DNA of 42,375 nt from the NCBI GenBank assembly GCA_001004005.1, contig LCQF01000009.1:1-42375 (forward strand). Direction: 5' to 3'. Both the position numbers and the translations under genes were made by a program. The notes below the pieces were generated by a model, which saw nothing but the letters and a program-made list of their open reading frames with translations, ran no database searches and had not been told where the DNA came from. This DNA is from Parcubacteria group bacterium GW2011_GWA2_49_9. Lineage in GTDB: Bacteria; Patescibacteriota; Minisyncoccia; Phycocordibacterales; UBA10002. This document shows, in pieces, positions 17,928 through 27,489 of this stretch; the first letter of the stretch is position 1, and each line of letters starts with the position of its first letter.

Positions 17928-17960
17928 CAAAAAACCCTCCTTCGGAGGGTTTTTTGTTAG
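17924..17960. terminator. Bidirectional terminator
   Basis: ctaacaaaaaaccctcc-ttc-ggagggttttttgttag. Confidence 0.9.
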
Positions 17961-17969
17961 TGCAAATCT

Positions 17970-18392
17970 TCACTTGTTTGGAGTCGGATGCGCTTCCTCA
18001 TATTCGTCTAGGATTTGATTAATAAACGCCGTATTATTACCTCGCTTCAAGACGGCCATATTCACCAGAGGGTACAGCTCATCTCGAGGACAGTCACTTG
18101 GCTCCTCGGCTGTCCGGATAACGCTTAATTTGCGTCCGTTTGCTGTTTCGGCCTCTGCGTATCCCCACCAATACTTTTTGTACAGCGCGTTACAAAGCGG
18201 CCGGTTTCCAGTAAGAAACTCAATAGCCGCAGGTTCCCAATCTTCTTGTTTCAGGTCCTTGAATTCCGCAGCCGCTTTAGTGGCGGCCCGACTTTTGATT
18301 TCTACAATCTTATCAATGGCAACCTGCCATAATTCCTTCGGTTTTTCAACAGCGGATTCGTCGGCAGGCTGAGGGATTTGATTGGGATTCAT
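17970..18392 (-). CDS. Hypothetical protein
   Basis: 140-aa ORF from ATG 18392 preceded by TGcTACAAT; no recognisable family. Confidence 0.7.
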   Translation of the reverse strand: MNPNQIPQPADESAVEKPKELWQVAIDKIVEIKSRAATKAAAEFKDLKQEDWEPAAIEFLTGNRPLCNALYKKYWWGYAEAETANGRKLSVIRTAEEPSDCPRDELYPLVNMAVLKRGNNTAFINQILDEYEEAHPTPNK

Positions 18393-18437
18393 ATGGCAAA
18401 ATTGTAGCACAAACCTATAAAAGGCAAATCCTCTCTG

Positions 18438-19394
18438 CTATTTTGTCAGCTTTTTAAGCGGGTGGAACTCCTTATGTGTGCTCTCGGCATACTTATCCGA
18501 AGCGTGGACGTAGCGGGTGGTTGTCTGGAGCGACTCGTGTCCGAGGAGTATCTGGATGGCGGCCGGATTGGCGCCTTGCTCGGCCAAATAGGTAGCAAAG
18601 CCGTGGCGAAACGAGTGAGCGGAGGTCGGAACAATGATGCCGAGTAGCTCTTTGTATCGCTTTATCTTCATTTGCAAATAATTCGGGGAAATGCGGACCT
18701 TCGCTGCTCCGCTGTTTTTGCCACTGTAGGGAATAAAGAGCGCCGGATTGTCGTCGTCGCGCGTGAGCAAATAATCCTTGAGAAGTGCCTTGGCGCGGTC
18801 TGTGAGATACACAAAACGTTCTTTTTTGCCTTTTCCACGGATAAAGATTTTACCCGTCTCGTTAATCTGGTCGCGGTTAAGAGACAGAAGCTCGGAGATA
18901 CGCATTCCAGTCGCGAACAACACTTCAAGCATCATCCGGTTACGGAGCGCGATGCGTTTATCTTTCTCGAATTTGACCGGAGATTCTATAAGCTGAACCA
19001 ATGATTCAAGTTCAGCGACCCGTGCGTGCGTACCGGGCATTTTAAGCAGTTTAATCGCGCTTGGCGATACCGGAACCCTATAATCCATATCCACAAGGTA
19101 CTTGAAGTAGCTTCGGAGGCTCGAGAGCGTTCGGTTGATTGAACCAGCGGAAAGCTTCTCTAGACTTTTCGCTCCCTGGGCAGTCTTGCGATTCGTTGAA
19201 ATTGAATGCGCTTTAAAATCCTCAATAGTCTGATTAGAGATTTTATCAAAAGGGCAGGAGCGTTCACCTAGGAATCTACTAAACATCGACAAGTCGCGCT
19301 CATAATTAAGAACTGTCTCAGTTGAGTAGTTCTTCACTGAAAGCGAGGAGAGAAAATCATCTGAGTAAGGAATTCCTTTAGATAGGTTTGCCAT
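18438..19394 (-). CDS. XerC/D-family tyrosine recombinase (second of pair)
   Basis: N-terminal core-binding domain; catalytic TGMRISE, RGKGKKER, HSFRH, LGH, TTRY. Confidence 0.95.
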   Translation of the reverse strand: MANLSKGIPYSDDFLSSLSVKNYSTETVLNYERDLSMFSRFLGERSCPFDKISNQTIEDFKAHSISTNRKTAQGAKSLEKLSAGSINRTLSSLRSYFKYLVDMDYRVPVSPSAIKLLKMPGTHARVAELESLVQLIESPVKFEKDKRIALRNRMMLEVLFATGMRISELLSLNRDQINETGKIFIRGKGKKERFVYLTDRAKALLKDYLLTRDDDNPALFIPYSGKNSGAAKVRISPNYLQMKIKRYKELLGIIVPTSAHSFRHGFATYLAEQGANPAAIQILLGHESLQTTTRYVHASDKYAESTHKEFHPLKKLTK

Positions 19395-19941
19395 ATTGGT
19401 CCTTTGTTACAAACTCAATCGCTCCAAATTCAGTTGGGACAAAAAGGAATATTGCACCAGGCATTGAAGAAAGATTTCTCCAGAGTTTAAATAGGGAAGT
19501 TGTACCTACTTCAACGTACAAATTTTGGTAATTCGGTTTATAGACCCCCAAGTCTGCTCTACCGAAATTAAGATATGGTTCATTTATTACCTCAAAACCA
19601 TCCCGCTGAAAGTGCTTTTTGATTATATCCATCATGGCTCTGTGCCACTCCTCTCCGTGCCGCTCAGTTTTACTCGCCACAAGTACTTCCTGGTCAGACC
19701 ATAATACGTTTGCTTTTTCTGTTACAATTTCCTTTGCACTGGTACTTCCTCCTACCAAGGCGATACTTATCTGTCTAAGCATCTGATAATTTTCAATCCC
19801 TAATTGACTTGCGACTTCATCTTGTTCCTTTGCCCTCTGCCCGAAATCAAGCACTTTGTTCAGCCATGCGTGTTCTCTCGCAATGGCTCTTTCCACAGTG
19901 TGCCAAGGAAGCCCGTTTTGATCAGAGTCCTTCTCCTCCAT
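19378..19941 (-). CDS. Hypothetical protein with PD-(D/E)xK-like nuclease motifs
   Basis: 187 aa from ATG 19941; H..EEWH..., EPYLNFGRADLGV...LYVEVG; overlaps both flanking recombinase genes. Confidence 0.75.
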   Translation of the reverse strand: MEEKDSDQNGLPWHTVERAIAREHAWLNKVLDFGQRAKEQDEVASQLGIENYQMLRQISIALVGGSTSAKEIVTEKANVLWSDQEVLVASKTERHGEEWHRAMMDIIKKHFQRDGFEVINEPYLNFGRADLGVYKPNYQNLYVEVGTTSLFKLWRNLSSMPGAIFLFVPTEFGAIEFVTKDQYGKPI

Positions 19942-20869
19942 GGAATTTCTTATGAATATCTCGTAAATGCTTTGAAGTGACGTGTGTATAAATTTGGGTG
20001 GTTGCAATGTTGCGATGGCCTAAGAATTCCTGCACAATACGCAAATCAACGCCCTTATTCATCAGATCGGTTGCGAATGAGTGGCGAAGCGTGTGGGGAG
20101 TCGCCAAGAAAGGGATTCCAGCCATTTTAGAATACTTTTCTACAATCATCTCAATACCACGTACGGAAATACGCCTAGAATCCTTTTTAGGGCCTTTAAA
20201 GTTTATAAAAAGAGCCTCATCGTCATCTTTACGTTTCTGAATGTATTTCTTGAGCCAATGGAGCGCTCGGTCTGAGAAATAGACTACCCGAGGATATCCG
20301 CCTTTACCAACCACTCCTAACTCAAAGTCATCTCTGTTCAGAGCACTTGCTAGTTGCTTTGTATTAAGCGCGGCAAGCTCTGCAACACGAAGTCCTGTAC
20401 TAAAAAGCGCCTCCAGAACCGCACGGTCACGAAGTCCACTCACTGTTTCGGTATTCGGCGACTCGAAAAGTCGACGAAGCTGTTCTATATCCAAAAACTT
20501 GATAAGACGCTCCTTGCGGTCCTTCGGGAGTTTAATTTTCTCCGTAGGAAGCGTTGGGATATTCTTCTCATGAAAATAAGAAAGAAATGACCTGAGTGCT
20601 ATGAGATAGCGTATCTGAGTAGAGGGATGGAGGGTTGGAAAGGCGTGACGGACGATATTAGGACGTCTAGAGAGCCACACGCGATACTTGGATACGTGAC
20701 TTTCAGTTAAGTCTTCGGGGGAAAGTCGCTCCAATTTTTGTTCCTTCAACCACGAAAAAAATTTCTGCACGAAACGAGAGTAACTCTTTACTGTGTTCAA
20801 GGAAAGTCCTTTTTCCACCTCACAGTACTCAAGAAAATCATTCAGATGTTGGGGGAATGGTTTACTCAT
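19922..20869 (-). CDS. XerC/D-family tyrosine recombinase (first of pair)
   Basis: FLEYCEVEKGLSLNTVKSY; catalytic TGLRVAE, VGKGG..R, HTLRHSFAT, LGH, TTQIY. Confidence 0.95.
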   Translation of the reverse strand: MSKPFPQHLNDFLEYCEVEKGLSLNTVKSYSRFVQKFFSWLKEQKLERLSPEDLTESHVSKYRVWLSRRPNIVRHAFPTLHPSTQIRYLIALRSFLSYFHEKNIPTLPTEKIKLPKDRKERLIKFLDIEQLRRLFESPNTETVSGLRDRAVLEALFSTGLRVAELAALNTKQLASALNRDDFELGVVGKGGYPRVVYFSDRALHWLKKYIQKRKDDDEALFINFKGPKKDSRRISVRGIEMIVEKYSKMAGIPFLATPHTLRHSFATDLMNKGVDLRIVQEFLGHRNIATTQIYTHVTSKHLRDIHKKFHGGEGL

Positions 20870-20969
20870 ATTCTTCGGCCAAGACGTGGATTAACCTACA
20901 TTATACGGGGTATAGTATATACTGACAATGGGTGTTATCCACACCCACTGACCCTATTCCCTCTTCTAG

Positions 20970-21194
20970 CTAATCAAAAAGTCCTTGAATTTTATCCCAC
21001 AACCACATCGCGGGTTCGACGATAATCGTATTCCAAACTTTGACGACTAAATCCCAAACGTACACGAGATTATCGTGCACGGTCGGCGAGCTTACGATAT
21101 CTTTGAGGTTATATCCAAAAAAGCCGAGTACGATAAGCGCGATAACGATAAGGAGTACCATTTTGATAAGTCCTGTTTGCCTATTTTGAGTCAT
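20970..21194 (-). CDS. Small membrane protein
   Basis: 74 aa; GLIKMVLLIVIALIVLGFFG TM followed by an amphipathic Trp-rich helix. Confidence 0.75.
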   Translation of the reverse strand: MTQNRQTGLIKMVLLIVIALIVLGFFGYNLKDIVSSPTVHDNLVYVWDLVVKVWNTIIVEPAMWLWDKIQGLFD

Positions 21195-21198
21195 GATT

Positions 21199-21744
21199 TT
21201 AGTGTCGTATTTCCGCCTTTCTATATTGGGGCAGAAGCACTTCCCTATTAAGAGTTAGTAAGTATAAATCTGCCTCAACCGCCTCGTTTTCCTCCTTAAG
21301 AATTTGTTGATGGGCGACAAGTTCCCAGAGGGGATCAAAGAAGTCATTCCGATCAGTTGTCAGAAGGTAAACTGTGTCGTTCGGATAAAATAAGATTGTA
21401 GCTCCTAGTATGAGGTCTGGTATTGGAAATATTCGGTTGTAGCTCCTTGCTAGGCGCTTACACTCATTGGATAAAACAGCGGCATTTTGAAATATGGCTT
21501 GGTTTACAGGGTGGTTACGGACGCCATTGACGAATTTGAGATATTTTTCTCGTCGTCTGTCTTTCGGGTCGCAATTCAACAGTTCAAAAGCAGTAATATG
21601 CGACACTGTTAGAAGATTTTTATTCTGATGCAATATCCTTAGTATGTTTCCGCTTCGTTCAGCAAATCCTTCCGCCGCGTAGTGGATAAGAATATTTGCA
21701 TCCAATAAAATATTGCTATTGCGAATTTCCCGCAACTCTTTCAT
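21199..21744 (-). CDS. PIN-domain (VapC-like) nuclease / toxin
   Basis: ILLDANILI, ITAFELL, IPDLILGATIL, LLTTDRNDF: the four acidic PIN positions. Confidence 0.85.
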   Translation of the reverse strand: MKELREIRNSNILLDANILIHYAAEGFAERSGNILRILHQNKNLLTVSHITAFELLNCDPKDRRREKYLKFVNGVRNHPVNQAIFQNAAVLSNECKRLARSYNRIFPIPDLILGATILFYPNDTVYLLTTDRNDFFDPLWELVAHQQILKEENEAVEADLYLLTLNREVLLPQYRKAEIRH

Positions 21745-21919
21745 GTATGGGCGGATTAAGTATAAGTTCCCGTTCTGTCTCGTTCAATCTAATAGATGTT
21801 AGTACCTGAAGTGCTTTTTCAGTGTTAGTATTTTGTCCTTGCACTGCTTTTGCAAATGTCGTACTCTCTGACGACCTAATCCCCAGTTTACTAACCCTTT
21901 TTTGTTTGATTCTAGCCAT
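21716..21919 (-). CDS. Putative antitoxin (VapB-like)
   Basis: 67-aa ORF upstream of and overlapping the PIN gene; role inferred from position. Confidence 0.55.
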   Translation of the reverse strand: MARIKQKRVSKLGIRSSESTTFAKAVQGQNTNTEKALQVLTSIRLNETERELILNPPIHERVAGNSQ

Positions 21920-21989
21920 GTCTTTATTATAACATTGTTTATCTGAATCCCGCCTATTTTCGTTTTAGAGCAGGATTCGCTATGTGAAA

Positions 21990-22217
21990 TTAAGAACCCC
22001 TTTTTTCCACTAGAACACCAAATGCTAGTATCCAGAACACTACAAAAAGCCACCAGATCGGTTCTTCTTTTGAAATAAATAATCCTATATTTATTACAAT
22101 TGGCAACAAAAATAAAATCCAAAACCCGAATTCATTTTGAGTTGGTTCCCGTTTCTTCCAGATGAAGAATACTATTAAGATTGGAATTACAATCAAAAGA
22201 CTGGCCATATTCCTCAA
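21990..22217 (-). CDS. Small membrane protein
   Basis: Three hydrophobic segments in 75 aa; AT-rich. Confidence 0.6.
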   Translation of the reverse strand: MRNMASLLIVIPILIVFFIWKKREPTQNEFGFWILFLLPIVINIGLFISKEEPIWWLFVVFWILAFGVLVEKRGS

Positions 22218-22275
22218 TTCCTACTAAACCTACCACATTTCTCTTGCTCGAAATTATATCAAATGAAAGGAGATT

Positions 22276-23547
22276 TCACAAATACTTAAGCGGGTCCAAG
22301 TACGCCTTCAGGTCCGCAATCGGCATCGTGTAGGTGCCCTTACAGACGGCACTTTTACGCTCCATCACGCGGACGCCTTGGGTGGCGTAGACGGTTAAGT
22401 GCAGATGCGGGCCGGTTGAGTAACCGGTGTCTCCACTGTAGCCAAGGAGTTCTCCCGTCCCGACATACTGTCCCTGCGCGACTTTGATAAGTGAGAAATG
22501 AGCGTACAGAGTTGAAAGCCCGTTCGCATGCTCCACAAGTACCCATTTACCGTATGAAGCTCCGGGACAGACCGCATCGGTATCTCCGGTCCCTCGTACG
22601 ACTCCGCTAAGCGCCGACTTAACGCGAGTGCCGGTAGGCGCGCCGAAGTCAACGCCGTTGTGCCCTTTGCCATTGTACGCGCCGCTCTTGGCAAAGGCCG
22701 TATCGCCGAATTTTTGCGTAATGCGGATGCTGTCAAGCGGCCATTTCAGAACGCCGGAGCCTGCCGCAGGAAGAAGTGAGGGGTCTATGGCAAAACGAAG
22801 TTCCGATTCAAATTGTAAGAGTTCCCGTTCAAACGCGTCACGCTTGGCTACTTTCTCGGCGAGAATTTTTCGGTACTCCGTTTCCTTACTTTTAGTTGAC
22901 GCGAGTAGCGTATTTTTCGCTTTCCGGTTCTGGACAAGTAAGATGTTTTGGTCCGACAGGTCGGTGCGTAGCGTCACCAGCCGCTCCCTGTTCTTCTTTG
23001 TTTCGGTTTGCACGCCCTCAAGGTTGGCTTTCAGTGCCCTTGTTTTATTCAAGTCGTCCTCCAAATTTTTCTGGAATCGCTGCAGGTCATCAACCACTCC
23101 CCACATGGTGGAGAGTGTCGCTCCCGAGAGTATCGTTTCAACAAGTGTTTGCTGTTCCGCTCCGTTGAGATTCCGTATGGTCTGTCCGAGTGCGCTCCTG
23201 CTTTCGCCGATTTTGTTTTCCTTCACGTCTATGGCGTCCGCGAGCTCCTGCAAACGGAGATTCACGGCGGAAATTCTGTTTTCCGTAAGTTTGATTTGTG
23301 CCGAAAGTTTTTTCTGTTCAAGGTCTATGCTTCGTATCGTGTTCTGAAGAGTTTTAGTTTCCTTTCCCGTTGTTTCCAACTGTTCCTGATAGCCGGCAAT
23401 TTCTTTCTCAAGGTCTGCAATGGCAGTGTTCCGTTCGGTAATTTTGTTTTTGAGGTCGGTTATCGTGTCGGCACGCGCAGAAAATGTGTGAAAAGCTAAG
23501 AAAAGCAGGATTAAGGTATATAAAAAAACAGCACGAAATTTAGGCAT
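22276..23547 (-). CDS. M23 peptidase with long N-terminal coiled coil (EnvC-like architecture)
   Basis: Signal peptide, coiled coil, intact HNGVD and GPHLH zinc motifs; ATG 23547 lies 6 nt after TGTTATAAT. Confidence 0.93.
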   Translation of the reverse strand: MPKFRAVFLYTLILLFLAFHTFSARADTITDLKNKITERNTAIADLEKEIAGYQEQLETTGKETKTLQNTIRSIDLEQKKLSAQIKLTENRISAVNLRLQELADAIDVKENKIGESRSALGQTIRNLNGAEQQTLVETILSGATLSTMWGVVDDLQRFQKNLEDDLNKTRALKANLEGVQTETKKNRERLVTLRTDLSDQNILLVQNRKAKNTLLASTKSKETEYRKILAEKVAKRDAFERELLQFESELRFAIDPSLLPAAGSGVLKWPLDSIRITQKFGDTAFAKSGAYNGKGHNGVDFGAPTGTRVKSALSGVVRGTGDTDAVCPGASYGKWVLVEHANGLSTLYAHFSLIKVAQGQYVGTGELLGYSGDTGYSTGPHLHLTVYATQGVRVMERKSAVCKGTYTMPIADLKAYLDPLKYL

Positions 23548-23566
23548 TTCCGAATTATAACACAAC

Positions 23567-23683
23567 CACCCCTCTATCCCCTTCTTACAGAAGCTATACA
23601 CCTTCCGCTCTCTCCGAAGACGGAGCGCTCAAGGTCTTGCGAAGCTCCACGTATTCGCTTCTCACCTTGGAAAGGAGGGGAGA
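23567..23683. repeat. Structured ~120-bp element, copy A
   Basis: Homologous to 26071-26187, with compensatory stem changes. Confidence 0.8.
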
Positions 23684-23689
23684 TAAAAA

Positions 23690-25009
23690 CTAACCAAGTA
23701 ATTTTACCGCGCTTTGAAGGCGTGCCAGTGTTTCCTCTTTTCCCAGTATGGCGGCAAGCGTAAATGGGTCGGGGGATTGCTCCTTTCCCGAAAGTGCTAC
23801 TCTGGTTGGCCACAGCACATCCCCCTTCCCTTTCGCCTCGGCGTAAGGGAACAGAGCCTCCTTAATACCCGAAACGGTATATGCATCCGGAGAAATCTTT
23901 TCTACAAGTGAGCATACATTTTCAAGATGCTCCTGCGGTTCACTTTTCGCCTTTTTCCACCGAAGCATTTCTTTCGGATATACCGGTTTTTTCAAGAGAT
24001 AGTCATATTCTCCGGCCGTGAGCTCGGTCTTCATGTCGCCGTATACACTGATTCGTTCCAAAAGCATTTCGGCGAGCGCTTGTATTTGCAGTTCCGACTT
24101 CCCTTTTGTAAGTTCGGCGGGTATATACGGTATGACTGCTTTTACCCCCGCTTTTTTCAGGTACTCCTTATTTACCCAACGCAACTTTTCTTCGCTGAAG
24201 ATTGCCCCGCCTTTTTGCACCTTCGCAAGGTCAAATTTTCCTATGAGTTCTTCAAGCGTAAACAGCTCTTGGTCGGTACCCGGATTCCACCCGAGAAGTG
24301 CGAGATAGTTAATAATCGCTTCGGGAAGATATCCTTTTGTTCGGTACTCTGTCACGCCGACAGCGCCGTGACGTGCCGAAAGTTTAGAGCGGTCTTCCGC
24401 AAGGATCAGCGGAACATGCGCATACAGTGGTCGTGGCGCTTCGATAGCTTCTTGAATAAGAATCTGACGCGGAGTGTTGGAAATGCCGTCCTCACCGCGG
24501 ATAACATGCGTCACCCCCATCTCGAAATCGTCCACCACAACGGAAAGGTGGTAAATCGGTTCCTCAAGACTTTTCGCAATCACAAAATCGCCTAAATCGG
24601 TTGTATCGAAAGAAACCTCGCCACGTATAATGTCAGTAAAGGTGACCACCTTTTTGGGGTTTTTGAAGCGAATTACCTCGGCGCGCTCCCCCTCCTTCTC
24701 CGGTGTTTCTTTCGATAGGTACGCGTTTCCATCGGCTATGATTTTTTGGAGATACTTTTTGTAGATTTCATTCCGTTCGGACTGGCGTGCAATAACCGCG
24801 TTGTCCCAGGTGATGCCGAGCCACCGCAAACCATCGATGATATCTTTTTCGTACTCGATTTTCGAACGTTCTTTATCCGTGTCCTCGATGCGGAAAACAA
24901 TTTTCCCGCCATTCTGCCGCGTGAAAAGATAATTAAAAAGAAACGTCCGGGCGCGCCCGATGTGAAAAAATCCAGTCGGTGATGGGGGGAAACGGGTGAT
25001 AACAGTCAT
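23690..25009 (-). CDS. gltX: Glutamate--tRNA ligase
   Basis: TRFPPSPTG..HIG, RIEDTD, THVIRGED, KLSAR, anticodon-binding domain RVALSG..SP. Confidence 0.96.
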   Translation of the reverse strand: MTVITRFPPSPTGFFHIGRARTFLFNYLFTRQNGGKIVFRIEDTDKERSKIEYEKDIIDGLRWLGITWDNAVIARQSERNEIYKKYLQKIIADGNAYLSKETPEKEGERAEVIRFKNPKKVVTFTDIIRGEVSFDTTDLGDFVIAKSLEEPIYHLSVVVDDFEMGVTHVIRGEDGISNTPRQILIQEAIEAPRPLYAHVPLILAEDRSKLSARHGAVGVTEYRTKGYLPEAIINYLALLGWNPGTDQELFTLEELIGKFDLAKVQKGGAIFSEEKLRWVNKEYLKKAGVKAVIPYIPAELTKGKSELQIQALAEMLLERISVYGDMKTELTAGEYDYLLKKPVYPKEMLRWKKAKSEPQEHLENVCSLVEKISPDAYTVSGIKEALFPYAEAKGKGDVLWPTRVALSGKEQSPDPFTLAAILGKEETLARLQSAVKLLG

Positions 25010-25017
25010 ATGCAAAA

Positions 25018-25377
25018 CTATATCTCAAACGATATGCCGGTTTTTTTCGCTATTTCTTTGAACCATCGCTCGTGGCGGGTTAGCTGGACGCTGATTGCCG
25101 CATGTTCCTCCTTGAGGTCAAGCGCTATCTTCATAAACTTATCAACAGTTATCGCCATTTCTTGAACAGTTTCCCGAAGGGCCTTCATGTCGCTCTTCAG
25201 CTCACTCATGTCCGACCGCAAGACTGTCATGTCGGCTTTAAGGTCTAGAACATCAGAAGTGACCCCTAAGAGATCCTTTTTCGTGGCCAGAGTCTCATGC
25301 AAGCGTACAAGCTCTTTTTTCGTTGCGAGAGGAGCAAGCAGACCTTTCAGTTTTTTTATGTCGGTGTCAGTAAACAT
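25018..25377 (-). CDS. Coiled-coil hypothetical protein with LATKK repeats
   Basis: LATKKEL/LATKKDL, heptads LKADM/LRSDM/LKSDM; ATG 25377 lies 6 nt after TGCTATACT. Confidence 0.8.
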   Translation of the reverse strand: MFTDTDIKKLKGLLAPLATKKELVRLHETLATKKDLLGVTSDVLDLKADMTVLRSDMSELKSDMKALRETVQEMAITVDKFMKIALDLKEEHAAISVQLTRHERWFKEIAKKTGISFEI

Positions 25378-25574
25378 ATTGAGAGTATAGCATACGATGT
25401 TTGTACTAATCAAAATCAGGATTATGTTGCAAAACTTGACTTTTTCTTAAGAGAAGGTTACTTTGAAATTGAAAAGAAGCGGTGTTCCTTGCCAAAAAGT
25501 TGGCACAGAACTTGGAGGCAGAAACTCGTTTTCTCCTCACAAACTGTACTAACCTCAACTGAAAGGGATAGCGC

Positions 25575-26030
25575 TTGAATACGAAAATATTTGGAACCGA
25601 TTGGGGACGGGTGCTCAAGAAATCGGTGCCCAACAGTAGTTGCAACTCTCTTGAGAACCCAAAGCTGGACGCAAAGGGATACCTCCGGGTAAAACCATTT
25701 GCTGGTGCACTGCAAACCCTAAGGTGGGTTAGGGAAAACGGTTTCTCCTCGGTGCATCTTGTGTCAAAGGTTGATACGCAAGGGTTTATGGAGCCGCGCG
25801 TTCGTAGATGGCTTCGCCACCACGGATTTGAGTCGGTCATGCCAAGCGAGAATATGCACTTTTGTACCGACTTTCGGGACAAGGTGCGGATTTGCCAAGA
25901 GGTTGGCATCACTCACTTCGTGGATGACCGATTGGAGGTGTTGCGGCATATGGTGGGACAGGTAGAGAACCTTTTCCTTTTTTGCCAAGGGGAGCCTCAA
26001 GATACCCATTTGTGGCATCTTGTTATTTAG
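25575..26030 (+). CDS. HAD-like hydrolase family protein, possibly degenerate
   Basis: GTDWGRV (motif I-like), LVSK, K..IC...GITHFVDDR (motif IV-like). Confidence 0.6.
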   Translation: MNTKIFGTDWGRVLKKSVPNSSCNSLENPKLDAKGYLRVKPFAGALQTLRWVRENGFSSVHLVSKVDTQGFMEPRVRRWLRHHGFESVMPSENMHFCTDFRDKVRICQEVGITHFVDDRLEVLRHMVGQVENLFLFCQGEPQDTHLWHLVI

Positions 26031-26070
26031 CAATAGTATACGTTCGTACACTAATGCTAAATCGCGGAAA

Positions 26071-26187
26071 CACCTCACCCAACCTCCCTACGGGAGCTGT
26101 ATACTTTTCGCCTTTTGAAGACAAAACGCTCAAAGTCTTGCGAGGCTCCAGGTGTTCGCTTCTCACCCTCTAAAGAGTGGGAGGAGG
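26071..26187. repeat. Structured ~120-bp element, copy B
   Basis: Homologous to 23567-23683. Confidence 0.8.
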
Positions 26188-26260
26188 AAAAATCCTCCGG
26201 CTCCCTGCCCGCCGATTGGCAGGCGGGGAAGACTCGCCACCTCCCTTAGCAAGGGAGGAA

Positions 26261-27388
26261 TTAAGACTTTTCGTGCTTAAGGGCAATTTCAAGAATTTCA
26301 CGGGCGATAACGTTTGCCGCGTCCAGCTTGGCGAAATGGCGCGCCCGCTCCGACATCAGTTTGTAGCGGTTCTCATCGGCAAAAATTTTATCAATCTGAT
26401 TTTTAAAAAGGGTCGTCGTTAGGTTGCTTTCTTCCAGCACATCCGCGGCACCATTTTCCGAATACGCGTACGCATTTTCACGTTGGTGGTCGCCGTTTGA
26501 GTCGGTAATGGGTATCAAAATTGAAGGCTTTCCCCACGCGGCAATCTCAAAAATGGTTGAACCCGCCCGCGAGATGATAAGGTCGGCAAGTCCGCCCGCG
26601 GCGGCGACCTGCCGCGTAGAAAGATACCCGAACGGATGGTACCGGCGTTGGAGAGGATTGTTCTGTAAAAGAACCTTCGCCCGTGCGGTCATATCCGTAA
26701 GATTTGCTTTTCCCGTCTGGTGCACTATTTCATAGTCGCGTACCAATTCGGGAAGACTTTGGAGTACTGTTTCGTTCAGTGTTACCGAACCAAGCGAACC
26801 GCCAATAACGAATATAACTTTGGTGCCCTCTTCAAGGCCAAAGTCGCTTCGTTTTGGTATTTCTGGAGATACAATGTCATGCCGAAGAGGATTCCCCGTG
26901 TAGGCCACTTTCTCCTTTTTAAATGAATTGGCGGCATCCGCGAATGAGACGGCGACGCGTGTGGCGAATTTTCCCGCCCACTTGTTCACTTTTCCCGGCA
27001 CCGAATCGGACTCGTGGATGATGACGGGGATTTTCCAAAAGTGTGCCGCGAACAGCGCTGGGAAACTACCGAACCCTCCCTTCCCCACTACGACGTCTGG
27101 ATAGATGCGGAACATACTAACCGTTGCCTTAAGAATTGCCCACGCAGTCTTAAACATATCGGTAATGTTTTTTACCGAAGCATAGCGGCGGAGTTTACCC
27201 GTAGAAACCTTAATAAACGTAATCTGGTGGTCAAAAAGTAAACCCTCGTCGTAGGGTTCGGGTGCCATAAAAAAAAGCTCCGGCGCGATAAGGCGCTCCT
27301 CTTTGGCGAGAGCAATAACCTCCTCCGCAATCGCGATAAGGGGATAGAAATGCCCGCCTGAACCGCCGCCAGTAAAAAGTATTTTCAT
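26261..27388 (-). CDS. murG: Lipid II GlcNAc transferase MurG
   Basis: TGGGSGGH, GKGGFGS, HESD..PG, TGNP, GGSLG, SRAG, DHQRENA. Confidence 0.96.
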   Translation of the reverse strand: MKILFTGGGSGGHFYPLIAIAEEVIALAKEERLIAPELFFMAPEPYDEGLLFDHQITFIKVSTGKLRRYASVKNITDMFKTAWAILKATVSMFRIYPDVVVGKGGFGSFPALFAAHFWKIPVIIHESDSVPGKVNKWAGKFATRVAVSFADAANSFKKEKVAYTGNPLRHDIVSPEIPKRSDFGLEEGTKVIFVIGGSLGSVTLNETVLQSLPELVRDYEIVHQTGKANLTDMTARAKVLLQNNPLQRRYHPFGYLSTRQVAAAGGLADLIISRAGSTIFEIAAWGKPSILIPITDSNGDHQRENAYAYSENGAADVLEESNLTTTLFKNQIDKIFADENRYKLMSERARHFAKLDAANVIAREILEIALKHEKS

Positions 27389-27489
27389 ACCATAATGCGA
27401 ATACTACTAATGCCGAATGCAAATACAGCGAATACTACGAATATGACTCCCATTTGCGGCATTGGCATTCTTCATTCGCGGTATCCGCA

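Noticed and set aside
20870-20969. dif or att site next to the recombinase pair
   Set aside because: The AT-rich stretch (acctacattatacggggtatagtata) does not convincingly fit the 11-6-11 dif consensus, and no flanking direct repeats delimiting an island were found by eye.
18438-22217. Integron or prophage
   Set aside because: No IntI-specific insertion in either recombinase, no attC array and no phage structural genes.
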